DNA of 40,199 nucleotides from the NCBI RefSeq assembly GCF_001194135.2, contig NC_068984.1, positions 146,736,912 to 146,777,110 on the forward strand. Direction: 5' to 3'. How positions within the stretch are numbered: the stretch's first letter is position 1; each line of letters opens with the position of its first letter. The DNA comes from Octopus bimaculoides. Taxonomy: Eukaryota. Shown here piece after piece: positions 11,336 through 22,625 of this stretch. The position numbers and the translations under genes are program-made. Below the pieces are notes generated by a model that was not told the origin of the DNA, searched no databases, and saw nothing but the letters and a program-made list of their open reading frames with translations.

Positions 11336-11342
11336 GCTACTA

Positions 11343-11621
11343 TGTGATGAAAACTCACACCATATTTTGCTGGGTATGAAGGAACGTGGCAGATATCCAC
11401 AGCCAGGAAGACTCAGGTGACACTTGTTTTACTGGTCATGCTTCAAAAACCCTGCGAAGAATTCTTGCAGTTCCAAGCAATTCCGATTTTTGTAGGTGTT
11501 CTACCTTCACACTTGCACCAATCTTTTTCAGCCATGTTGGTAGCTGAGTGCTGATACTTCCAAGTGCACCAATTACTATTGGTATCACATCTACTCTCTT
11601 CATTGACCACAACAACTTTTT
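11343..11621 (-). mobile_element. R4/Dong-like (RLE) non-LTR retrotransposon 3' end followed by (TAG)n
   Basis: Minus strand KKLLWSMKRVDVIPIVIGALGSISTQLPTWLKKIGASVKVEHLQKSELLGTARILRRVFEA* (stop at 11436-11438), then 3'UTR, then (TAG)n at ~11273-11342. Confidence 0.85.
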
Positions 11622-11644
11622 ATCCCCACCAAGGGGTTGTCCAC

Positions 11645-12153
11645 TTCACAGAAGACAATATGAGAAATATGAGTAAAAAGATAAGCAGTTGGAAAGCAGC
11701 AGGATCTGATGGTGTTTAGGGATTTCGGATAAAAAAAAATAAAAGAGTTCAGTAGTTGCCATAGATTGATCGCAGAGCAATTTAATGCATTGATTGATGG
11801 AGAAGAAGAAATCCCGGGTTGGTTGAGAAAAGGACGAATAGTGTTCTGTCTGAAGAATGCATCAAAGAGAAATGCTGCTGAAAATTACAGACCAATTTCC
11901 TGCCTCCCATTAATGTGAAAGTTAATGTCAGGAGGAATTGCAGAAGAACTACAAATTTCTTGATAAGAACGATATATTACCGACGGAACAAAAAGGCTGC
12001 AGAAGGAGATGTAGAGGTACCAAAGATCAACTATTGACAGACAAAATGGTTATGCAAGATTGTAAACGAAGGAGATCACATTTGGGAATGGCCTGGATTG
12101 ACTATCGCAAATCTTATGATGTGATTCCACATTCGTGGATCATCGAAGGCTGA
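11645..12153 (+). mobile_element. R4/Dong-like non-LTR reverse transcriptase fragment (N-terminal RT motifs), pseudogenised
   Basis: SWKAAGSDGV*GF...IPGWLRKGRIVF...NYRPISCLPLM*KLMS...[24 protein letters not shown]...[18 protein letters not shown] are typical motifs of RLE-clade RTs. Contains stops and frameshifts. Confidence 0.9.
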
Positions 12154-12154
12154 G

Positions 12155-12216
12155 ATACATTTTTATAATACATTTTTATAATACATTTTTATAATACATT
12201 TTTATAATACATTTTT
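12155..12216. repeat. 13-bp tandem repeat ATACATTTTTATA x ~4.8
   Basis: Units start at 12155, 12168, 12181, 12194 and 12207 (partial). Confidence 0.95.
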
Positions 12217-12297
12217 CTCGAGCGTCAAACTAATACACTCGCTTGTTGTTCATACACCTGTCTTCGTCTTTTGTTTTTTTCTGTAAATTCCAACTAT
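12217..12297 (+). mobile_element. Second copy of the ~90-bp dispersed repeat (see 9575-9663)
   Basis: CTCGAGCGTCAAACTAATAC...CACCTGTCTTCGTCTTTTGTTTTT aligns to the reverse complement of 9575-9663. Confidence 0.55.
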
Positions 12298-12410
12298 GTA
12301 AACGTATATTCAGACGAAGACTTTCAGTTTAAAGCAAAATTATATTTTGTTATACTTCGACATAAAAATAAGCATGAATATATAAGTTTTTGTGTGTGTG
12401 TATGTGTACG

Positions 12411-12441
<31 letters not shown>

Positions 12442-12924
12442 GCGCCCGTGTACATAACAAATTTGTCTTGTACCGTCGCGTATTCTTCTAGACACTCCAG
12501 CCAAATTCCATTGAAACCACATCATAGCCTGTTAAATTAGGAGAGAATATATTGGTTAATGAAATCTTATATATATGTATATATATATACATTATACATA
12601 CATACATACATACANNNNNNNNNNNNNNNNNNNNNNNNNNNNNNNNNNNNNNNNNNNNNNNNNNNNNNNNNNNNNNNNNNNNNNNNNNNNNNNNNNNNNN
12701 NNNNNNNNNNNNNNNNNNNNNNNNNNNNNNNNNNNNNNNNNNNNNNNNNNNNNNNNNNNNNNNNNNNNNNNNNNNNNNNNNNNNNNNNNNNNNNNNNNNN
12801 NNNNNNNNNNNNNNNNNNNNNNNNNNNNNNNNNNNNNNNNNNNNNNNNNNNNNNNNNNNNNNNNNNNNNNNNNNNNNNNNNNNNNNNNNAAACATGTTTT
12901 TCGGTCATTTTCTGATGAACAACG

Positions 12925-13072
12925 CTGCAGTTTCCGTCAACCAAATTCAGTCATAAGTCTGTGGTTGGCCAAGGGTTATAGTTGAAAACACTTACTCAAG
13001 GTACCATGCAGAGGGACTGAATGTGGAACCAAGTGCCTGGGAAGAAAACTTCTGAACCATACAGTCATGTGT
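12925..13072 (-). mobile_element. SINE family A, 5' half
   Basis: Reverse complement CATGACTGTATGGTTCAGAAG...GGTTCCACATTCAGTCCC...GGTACCTTGAGTAAGTG...GAATTTGGTTGACGGAAACTG. Confidence 0.65.
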
Positions 13073-13098
13073 TTACAGTTTTTGCTAAATCGAGTATT

Positions 13099-13181
13099 GT
13101 GTCCTACTATGTCTCAAAGGTGTCCTACTATGTCTCAAAGGTGTCCTACTATGTCTCAAAGGTGTCCTACTATGTCTCAAA
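13099..13181. repeat. 21-bp perfect tandem repeat GTGTCCTACTATGTCTCAAAG x4
   Basis: Units start at 13099, 13120, 13141 and 13162 (last unit lacks the final G). Confidence 0.95.
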
Positions 13182-13241
13182 ATAAATGCCAGATTGAAAT
13201 ACGTACTGAGGTCAGTATGATCAATTAAATTTTTGAAGGTG

Positions 13242-13303
<62 letters not shown>

Positions 13304-13960
13304 ATATATATATGTTTGTATATACATACGTATATATGTTTCGGCAAAAGATTGGCCCAGGCCATGTCTAATTTAATAGCACCATATATACATACATAAG
13401 AAAATAATATTGTGTGTGTGTGTGTGTATGTGTGTGTATGTGTATGCGTGTAGTTTATATAAACTGAATTTTGATCTCACGACTCAAGTTTGATGCCACT
13501 GCAGTCTTCAGGCCCATATGTATGTATACACACACACATCTATATATATATGTATATATATATCTATATATATGTAGGTATGTATGCACTTGGATTTGTA
13601 TACACGTATGTATATTATACACGCGCCAGCGCACACACACATACATATATATACATACATATACATACATATATATACATATATATACATACATACATAC
13701 ACACACACACGCACACACACACACATACACACACACATATATATATACATGCATAATGCATACCTATATATATATATATTTTTTTTTCTGTTCTAACAAC
13801 GCCTTCTGAAATAAGACAAAACGATATCTCCTGCCTGTCTGACATGTAAATACCAACGATCAATCACTAAAGGATAAAATTTACTAATCCTACATCCCAA
13901 ACCTCCTCCCCTCCCACCTCTCTCTTTCTCTCTCTTTCATTCCTACGCACTCTTTCGTTC

Positions 13961-14018
<58 letters not shown>

Positions 14019-14610
14019 NNNNNNNNNNNNNNNNNNNNNNNNNNNNNNNNNNNNNNNNNNNNNNNNNNNNNNNNNNNNNNNNNNNNNNNNNNNNNNNNNN
14101 NNNNNNNNNNNNNNNNNNNNNNNNNNNNNNNNNNNNNNNNNNNNNNNNNNNNNNNNNNNNNNNNNNNNNNNNNNNNNNNNNNNNNNNNNNNNNNNNNNNN
14201 NNNNNNNNNNNNNNNNNNNNNNNNNNNNNNNNNNNNNNNNNNNNNNNNNNNNNNNNNNNNNNNNNNNNNNNNNNNNNNNNNNNNNNNNNNNNNNNNNNNN
14301 NNNNNNNNNNNNNNNNNNNNNNNNNNNNNNNNNNNNNNNNNNNNNNNNNNNNNNNNNNNNNNNNNNNNNNNNNNNNNNNNNNNNNNNNNNNNNNNNNNNN
14401 NNNNNNNNNNNNNNNNNNNNNNNNNNNNNNNNNNNNNNNNNNNNNNNNNNNNNNNNNNNNNNNNNNNNNNNNNNNNNNNNNNNNNNNNNNNNNNNNNNNN
14501 NNNNNNNNNNNNNNNNNNNNNNNNNNNNNNNNNNNNNNNNNNNNNNNNNNNNNNNNNNNNNNNNNNNNNNNNNNNNNNNNNNNNNNNNNNNNNNNNNNNN
14601 NNNNNNNNNN

Positions 14611-15287
14611 CCGTGATATAATTCTTCCAAATTCCTTCTTAATATCATCAATGAATGCTTTCGCAGTATGGAGTAGTCTTTCATGCTCATTACTGTCTTT
14701 TCCATAGAGTTTTACTTTTTCAGTTTGGAATTCTTCTCAGGTTTGTATTTCTTTGTTTTTTTTTTTTCAGAAACGTGCAACTGATTTCAATTGTCTTAGT
14801 AGCTGCGTAAATAATTTCATTTAATTTAGTGAGATCTAGTTTTAGTTCTTGTATAATTTCCTTTGTTACATAGTCTCCAATTTTAATTTGTTTTCTATTT
14901 TGGACTGTATTTGAGAGTTTATGAAGTGATTCTTTATCATGCATATCGGCGCGGCTTACAACTTCAAGCTCATTCAGGATTTTCTGTTTCATTTCTATCA
15001 GACTTTCTATGTTCAGTTAATGTGTAGTCTTCAAATATTGTTTCTTTACCACTTTCCTCGTTATCTTTATCAAGTTCATTACAATTTATATCTCCAGACG
15101 TTTGCGTCTTCTGGTCAGATGGTAGTCCTTCAACTGAGACTCGTGGTGAGTTGCTCCCTTTATCTAGTTCTTCATTTCCTTTCTGTGCTCCGACTTGAAA
15201 ATTAAAAGTTTTGGTTGAAAATTTATTTTTACTGCTATTCGCTGGTGCCTCGGGAAAATAAGTTGACGAAAATACAGTTAGGGTCAT
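14611..15287 (-). mobile_element. Probable N-terminal (pre-RT) region of an R4/Dong-like element, frameshifted, running into a gap
   Basis: MKQKILNELEVV...LHKL...KEIIQELKLDLTKLNEIIYAATKTI followed by a Lys-rich stretch resembles the 'DLT.LN.LIYAAA' pre-RT region of R4-clade ORFs. Confidence 0.45.
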
Positions 15288-15484
15288 GACGAATGTCCTT
15301 CTAAAATTGGAGCAACATGCGTGCTAATTTGTGGACGTGCATAAATTACATTCACGTACACACATACACACATACACACACACCCCTGCCTTTTATATAT
15401 ACAGATATAGATATATTGATATATACATATATATTACATACACACACACACATACACACACACACACACATATATATATACATA

Positions 15485-15519
<35 letters not shown>

Positions 15520-15768
15520 GCTTGTTCATATATACACATGTGTTTGTGTGTGTGTGTGTGTTTTCCATATTGCATCACATACACACATCCGGTCTTCAAT
15601 TCTGTTCCCCGTGCACCGAAGAGAAGAGAGTAATTTCCATGCGAACAACATCCTTATCTTCAAGGCAGACATTCAGCAGACACAGAAACTTCGTTTCCTT
15701 ACAAAAGCATCTCACATTCCTGCATTCTACCGCCAATCTACCGTACAACCACCTACGGGCACTGCACG

Positions 15769-15791
15769 AACCCTAACCCTAACCCTAACCC
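15769..15791 (-). repeat. Short interstitial telomere-type repeat (TTAGGG) x ~4
   Basis: Plus strand AACCCTAACCCTAACCCTAACCC. Confidence 0.85.
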
Positions 15792-15834
15792 CAGTCCTCC
15801 CAAACGAATCATATTCTTGCATTTTTTAAAATGT

Positions 15835-16080
15835 TTTCCTTGTTTCAATCCCTGGAGTGCGGCCATATTGAGGCACCACCTTGAAATCGACTCCGTACTT
15901 ATTTTCGGTCAGATATTTATTTTAACGAACTCATTTTCGCCGAACTGCTAAGTTACAGGGAAATAAATAAATCAACACCGGTCACCAAACGGTGGGGGGG
16001 GGGGGCAAATACAAACACAAAGCTGATATATTTATTTACACGATGGGCTTCGATGCAGTTTCCGTTTATCAAATTAACAC
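15835..16080 (-). mobile_element. SINE family A, 3' portion
   Basis: Reverse complement contains CCTGTAACTTAGCAGTTCGGCGAAAA...TTCAAGGTGGTGCCTCAATATGGCCGCA; the body motif GGAAACTGCATCGAAGCCCATCG lies at ~16040-16065. Confidence 0.6.
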
Positions 16081-16496
16081 AGAAGGCACTGATCGGCGTG
16101 GGGCTAAAGCAGAAGATGCTTGCCCGAGATTCGGCGCAGTCGGACGAAACAGAAAACAGCGCGGTTGTAATGGGAGCTTCTTAACCATACAACCCGAGAA
16201 TATACGGTTTCAAATTTAGGGATAGGATCTAGAGTTTTGAATGGAAGGGGTAATCGATAACTTCGACTGCAGGATTTGATTTTGTAATTTATTTTGCCGA
16301 TCCCCAAAATAATCAAAGAAAGTTCAAACGGTAAAGATATTTTAGCAAATAACACCAGGTATTTTGCCCAATTCTGTAATGCACCACTCACCCTCCAGAT
16401 GACAGACAGACAGACAGATAGATAGATAGAGAGAGAGAGAGACAGATGGATGGATTAATAGATTGATAGATAAAGCAGATAGAAAGACGGATATAG

Positions 16497-16535
<39 letters not shown>

Positions 16536-16751
16536 TAGATAGATAGATAGATAGATANNNNNNNNNNAGATACATAGATACATAGATACATACAAACATA
16601 CAAACATACATACATGCATACAAACATACAAACATACATACATGCATACATGCATAGAGAAACAGATAGCAAGCTGGACCGAGCGAGGGAGAAAGTGTGT
16701 ACATGTCTGTATTTTTGTGTATGTGAGAGAGAGAAAAATAGAGAGAGAGAT

Positions 16752-16844
<93 letters not shown>

Positions 16845-17553
16845 TAGAGAGAGTTGTGTGTTGTGTTGTTATTTGGCTATGTTTATGATTTTGTCGAGCA
16901 GCTTAAGTGGTGTTATGTGCGAGAGATTGTTCTCTCGTCTGCATTCAGCACCTGAAGCTCTGAGATATCAATTTTTAAACAACACTGGCCACCTAGTGAG
17001 GTGCCGTTCCTCTAACATCAAAACCATTTACCACGACAACAAAATGGAGCGGCGATGGGGTGCGGTGGTGGTGGTGGTGGTGGTGGTGGGGGCTAGAATG
17101 ATGGAGGGGGATACTGAAGATTAAAAACATCATATACAAACAACAACGATAACAATAAAACAAAAGGCAATAAACAAAAGGCAAAAGAATAACATACAAA
17201 ACAATAAGAAAAGCAACAGCGTTTGTGTTTTTCCAATTTTTCTATATTTGTAACCTGTGAATTTTAATCACTTTGTCTTTCTTTTGTAGCCTGAAGGGTT
17301 TAAACACATGTGTAAATATGTATGTTACGCATAAGTGTGTGTGTGTGTGTGTGTAGACAAATATATATGTATATGTATATTTTTATATATACTTACTCAT
17401 ATGTATACAGCATACATATATGTGTGTATATATTCATATATAAGTTTGTATATATAAATATATACATACACAAATACATNNNNNNNNNNTATATATGTGT
17501 GTGTGTATATATATGTGTGTGTATATATATGTGTGTATATATGTATATGTATG

Positions 17554-17593
<40 letters not shown>

Positions 17594-17599
17594 CACACG

Positions 17600-17632
<33 letters not shown>

Positions 17633-18174
17633 GTATGTATATTCATATAGATGCACCGCCCACACCCACGCAAACATACACATGATACATAACCTAGTTG
17701 GCGCGGCTCATGGAAAGAAGCAAAGACTTAATAACTGGAATGTTCCATAATGAGAAACGCCACGTTGCCATATCACAAGGGAAGCATCGAAGGAGAAAGA
17801 AAGACAAGGAACACCTAATGAACCTTCGAAACCAATTCCAGTAATGACAAATACATTAGAAGAGGGAACATAGTTAGAATACAACGGCAAAGTCTAAGGA
17901 GAAAACCTAACATTGGCAAATAAGAAGAATTGAAGGATAATAACTTTTAGCCTCTGACGTACTTTCATTTCATTACTCACACGGCACACTCCTACACACG
18001 CGCACACACACACGCGCACACACACACGCGCACACACACGCGCGCACACACAGACATGCATGCAAATTTACATACACTCATATACACATACATACATACT
18101 GTCAGTGTTGGCTTCTACCGTCTCGTTTGTTGCCCCTTGCAATTTCTGTTGATAGTTCGGTGATTAGGTATCAT

Positions 18175-18335
18175 TCGATGCGTACAAGAAACTCGATTTG
18201 CGACCGCGAAATTTCGGGTTGTATTCAACTGCTCAGCGGCACCTTGGTCAAGCGTCTTCTATGGCTCCGTCCGGGCCAACCAATGGCTTGTGAGTGAATT
18301 TGGTAGCCGGAAACTGTGTCGAAGCTCGTCGTATA
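18175..18335 (+). mobile_element. SINE family A, 5' half
   Basis: GGCACCTTGGTCAAGCGTCTTCT...GGGCCAACCAATGGCTTGTGAGTGAATTTGGTAGCCGGAAACTGTGTCGAAGCTCGTCGTATA, then (CA)n. Confidence 0.7.
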
Positions 18336-18619
18336 CACACACGCGTACACACACACATGCACACACACACAAATGTGTGGTGTGGTGGTGTGTGTTTGTG
18401 TGTGTGTGTGAGTGTGTGTGTGTGTATGTGTGTGCGCGCGCCTGTGTGCCTGACATTTTGTCCACTTTCCCCCAAAAGGTCAAAATTTAACAAAAAAAAA
18501 TGTCTGAGTACTTTTTGTGTTTTCCATTTTAAAATGAAAAAAAAAATCAGCTTAAAAAATTTGTTTTTTTTTCCCACCGATTGTTTGAGAAACGGTGTTG
18601 GTTTGTTTAAAGAAATTAA

Positions 18620-18930
18620 TGGTTATGCAACACGGAGGTCATCGCATGTGAGGTAGAATAGACGATAAAGACCTCAGCAGCCAATCAACGTAAGGATGCG
18701 GATGCGACAAAATGCCCTTCCTGGAGCAGATTTAACAACCGTAAGTCCTCTTCAAATGTGCAGAAGATAGGTTTATGCTACAACACTAACCGGGCATGTA
18801 TGGTCCTAGAAAGAGAGCATCAAAGATTACATCATGTGGAGTGTCCTGGACAAGTGCTAGACTTACATTAACAAAATAAGAAAGTGCAAGCTATGACTGG
18901 CCCAGAAGAGAATTATCTTTAAAAATCCCT
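18620..18930 (+). mobile_element. Penelope-like element GIY-YIG endonuclease remnant (C-terminal)
   Basis: Frameshifted peptides RFNNRKSS / ATTLTGHVWS*KESIKDYIMWSVLDKC*TYINKIRKCKL*LAQKRII follow the PLE order R.NNHKSSF...ST.LS.YIW.LK...I.WSILDK..PY....C.LCL.EK. Confidence 0.7.
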
Positions 18931-19099
18931 CTTCATCAGGACCATTTTTTTCCAAGCCGGTCAGATCTAACGGGCAGTTCGTAGATACTCGCCAGTGCGA
19001 AACCAATCGATAAGACCCGTTGTAATGGATCTGTAACACTATAAATTTATTAATGTACAATGCTGCGTATATCTATCTATATATTTGAAAAATTTGAAT

Positions 19100-19205
19100 A
19101 GACGATCTGACGTCATGGTTACGGGCACTTTACCAAGGTGACACGTTGTGGTGTCGAACCCGGAGCATCGTGACTGCAACGCGAACTCCTTAACCATTCG
19201 GCTGT
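19100..19205 (-). mobile_element. SINE family A head (decayed)
   Basis: Reverse complement CAGCCGAATGGTTAAGGAGTTCGCGTTG...CCGGGTTCGACACCAC...CACCTTGGTAAAGTGCCC. Confidence 0.55.
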
Positions 19206-19337
19206 ACGATGTGGATGTGTATTTTGCGTGGGTGATAGTGACAAACAACAAAATCCTCGGAATATCGGCGTTCCGATGAAGGAATCAATGCAACGACGCA
19301 AGGATATTTCAACACCGGTGGTAGAGCATTTGAATGA

Positions 19338-19580
19338 AGGTGCGTGACCTGGGGGTTAGGATGTTGCACTTACGATCACGAGATTTTGGTTTCGATTCCC
19401 GGACCGGGCGACGCGTTGTGTTCTTGAGCAAAAAAAAACAAACACTTCATTTCACGTTGATCCAGTCCACTCAGCTGTAAATGAATAACCCTGCGATAGA
19501 CTGACATCCCGTTCATGGGGTGTGTTGCGATCTCGGTCACGTCTATGTCATAGAAATCAGTTAACCGGCCCGATGGCTTT
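19338..19580 (+). mobile_element. SINE family C, near full length
   Basis: B-box GGTTTCGATTCCC; body TTGAGCAA...CACTTCATTTCACGTTGATCCAGTCCACTCAGCTGTAAATG, then CCCTGCGATAGACTGACATCCCGT. These resemble conserved Meta- and V-type SINE bodies, but that assignment is unverified. Confidence 0.7.
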
Positions 19581-19910
19581 TAAAACTCGAAGGCAGTAAG
19601 GTCCAACAGAATGATGATTAAGATGACGATGATGATGTAAAATGTTTGGCCATTACGAGCAAAATGAAAAAGTAGAAAGAGAAGAAAAAAAAGAAGAAAG
19701 AAAATGGAAAGCAAAATCCTGAATATAGAATAATATACATTTCTGAAGAGACATTTTGAAGAATCACAGAGTGAAATATGCAGACGGCATTGAACCGGAA
19801 TTATTATTCGAATGACCTGCAGAAAATTTGCATTGAAATCTATCTTAGATGTTTCAGCTAACTGCTTGAAAGCATTTTTGCGTATTCATAAGCGAGTGTG
19901 GGCATCTGTC

Positions 19911-20011
<101 letters not shown>

Positions 20012-20162
20012 ATGTGTGTGTATGCGTGTATATATTTATATATACATATGTATATATACACACATACCTGTATATATATATATGTATGTGTAAAACTGCA
20101 TCTCTATATATTTATGCATTTACATACACACATGAGATTATACAATTTTAAGAATATAAATT

Positions 20163-20223
<61 letters not shown>

Positions 20224-20626
20224 ATAATTTTCTGTATATGCAATTTATTACTCATTTATTTATCTAATTAATCTGACATGATATTTATCAAATGTGAAAT
20301 TTTATCCGACATAAAAGAGATTTAATACTCACACGTATACAGAAAATGTAAGATTTGTAATAACACACACACACACACACACACACATTTGTATGTCTAT
20401 CTGTATGGGTGCATATGTATCTCTAATTTTTATTTAAACAAAACTTAAAACTCATATAAATATATGATATATTCACGTGTAAGATAAGAACAAAAGAAAA
20501 TAAATTCACGGCCAAAGTATGCTGTAAATGAAAACACATATTTAACACAACCCAAATATCTGCATTGGGCCGATATCGTTGAGATGATATTTCATATATA
20601 TACAGTATATATATACATATGTATGT

Positions 20627-20675
<49 letters not shown>

Positions 20676-21153
20676 NNNNNNNNNNNNNNNNNNNNNNNNN
20701 NNNNNNNNNNNNNNNNNNNNNNNNNNNNNNNNNNNNNNNNNNNNNNNNNNNNNNNNNNNNNNNNNNNNNNNNNNNNNNNNNNNNNNNNNNNNNNNNNNNN
20801 NNNNNNNNNNNNNNNNNNNNNNNNNNNNNNNNNNNNNNNNNNNNNNNNNNNNNNNNNNNNNNNNNNNNNNNNNNNNNNNNNNNNNNNNNNNNNNNNNNNN
20901 NNNNNNNNNNNNNNNNNNNNNNNNNNNNNNNNNNNNNNNNNNNNNNNNNNNNNNNNNNNNNNNNNNNNNNNNNNNNNNNNNNNNNNNNNNNNNNNNNNNN
21001 NNNNNNNNNNNNNNNNNNNNNNNNNNNNNNNNNNNNNNNNNNNNNATATATATATAGTAATGGGGATGCAAACAGGAAAGATTAAATGCAAAATAATATT
21101 ATTTATTATTAACAATATTATTAATATTGAGCAGACGCAACAGAGTGACTCAT

Positions 21154-21217
21154 GGGCTGAGAGTTTCGTGCGTTGGCACAAAGTCTCCTGAGTGCTAACG
21201 CACGAACCTCTCGGCCC
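21154..21217 (+). other. Isolated GC-rich 26-bp stem / 12-nt loop hairpin
   Basis: Arms 21154-21179 (GGGCTGAGAGTTTCGTGCGTTGGCAC) and 21192-21217 (GTGCTAACGCACGAACCTCTCGGCCC): 23 Watson-Crick pairs, 2 G-U pairs, 1 mismatch. Confidence 0.85.
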
Positions 21218-21401
21218 TCCTAAACATTTATATATTTATATTAAATTTTTGTTTTTATGTTCAGTTATAATAAAAAGAATTTACAATTATTTGATGCGTT
21301 AGTCTATACTTTTATAGAGTACAAATGTATTTTTATACAAGAATGCTGTTGACAATGACTTCGAAGGCGCAGTTAAGGCATATATATGTATGTGTGTGTA
21401 T

Positions 21402-22010
21402 AAGAACCCACAGTATAGTAGAAGCCATAGCCGCTCACAATAAAAAGGAGTACTGGTTGAATGTCCCAGTGAAGACCTCAATAAAATGTAAGCACAACAA
21501 ACCTGATATAATGGTTTGGGATAGAGAAGAGAAACTGTGTATAGTTGTGGAAATTAGCTGCCCAACAGATGTTAACGTAAAGCTGAAGATCAGTGAAAAA
21601 GAAAATACCTATGCTGAACTATTGAGAAATCTGAAGTTACTCCATCCAGATTACAAGTTCAGATTTGTACCTGTAATTATTGGGGGAAATGCCTAAATAT
21701 CAATCTTGAGAAAATAGGCTCTCAAAACCAGAAAGGAGAAAGCTAATTCGAAGACTACAGATCCAATCCATCACTGGAACTGTAAAAATCTGTAAAATTT
21801 TCCAGAAGTTTATCATTTAAATATATATGAGCTTGTCTAGATATGTAACTATATGCATGAGACTACATACATAAAACAAAACATACAAATCTGCACATGC
21901 ACTGACTCCAAATACTGCACTTAAACACACATGCATGCACAAATTCCAATGTAGGATCCTTGGGTCTAGGTTAGAAATCGGCTCTTTCTCTATTGACAAA
22001 AAAAATCTTG
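21402..22010 (+). mobile_element. RLE-type non-LTR retrotransposon 3' end (restriction-like endonuclease domain + 3'UTR)
   Basis: HNKPDIMVWDREEKLCIVVEISCPTDVNVKLKISEKENTYAELLRNL...FVPVIIGG shows the PD..D/E-x-K catalytic motif. After a frameshift it continues LIRRLQIQSITGTVKICKIFQKFII* (stop 21818-21820). The C-terminus differs from the copies at 6051 and 11343, so this is a different family. Confidence 0.85.
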
Positions 22011-22586
22011 AAATGTAATTAAATAATGAAATAGAAATCCTAAAGATATTGTTGGGAGATGGAAAGAGCAGTCACTCGCTAGATCCACCGAAGATCATGA
22101 GAAAGCTTAGGAAGCATGAACCAGTAGAAAATGAAGGATTATTGATTTTTACGTGTGTGATTTNNNNNNNNNNNNNNNNNNNNNNNNNNNNNNNNNNNNN
22201 NNNNNNNNNNNNNNNNNNNNNNNNNNNNNNNNNNNNNNNNNNNNNNNNNNNNNNNNNNNNNNNNNNNNNNNNNNNNNNNNNNNNNNNNNNNNNNNNNNNN
22301 NNNNNNNNNNNNNNNNNNNNNNNNNNNNNNNNNNNNNNNNNNNNNNNNNNNNNNNNNNNNNNNNNNNNNNNNNNNNNNNNNNNNNNNNNNNNNNNNNNNN
22401 NNNNNNNNNNNNNNNNNNNNNNNNNNNNNNNNNNNNNNNNNNNNNNNNNNNNNNNNNNNNNNNNNNNNNNNNNNNNNNNNNNNNNNNNNNNNNNNNNNNN
22501 NNNNNNNNNNNNNNNNNNNNNNNNNNNNNNNNNNNNNNNNNNNNNNNNNNNNNNNNNNNNNNNNNNNNNNNNNNNNNNNNNNNNNN

Positions 22587-22625
<39 letters not shown>

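Noticed and set aside
13099-13181. CRISPR-like array
   Set aside because: The units are contiguous with no spacers, and the DNA is eukaryotic.
13470-13520. Minus-strand CTGAAGA...CAAACTTGAGTC as a hammerhead
   Set aside because: GAAA is broken, stem II lacks a proper closing pair and stem I does not form. Other CTGAnGA hits (e.g. 12912, 18933 minus, 21583) also lack stem II plus GAAA.
16987-17005. CTCF-like TGGCCACCTAGTGAGGTG
   Set aside because: It deviates from the consensus in the core 3' half and has no supporting context.
17690-17940. Possible RTE C-terminal remnant (KGSIEGERKTR-like)
   Set aside because: The similarity is too short and frame-dependent to call.
18867-19030. Apparent minus-strand exon (TTACAG acceptor at 19031-36, GTAAGT donor at 18861-66, one open frame)
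   Set aside because: The peptide is unrecognisable and the segment overlaps the plus-strand Penelope remnant and its 3' region, which explains the sequence better.
19108-19115. A third TGACGTCA
   Set aside because: It is solitary and lies inside a decayed SINE, so it is probably a chance match.
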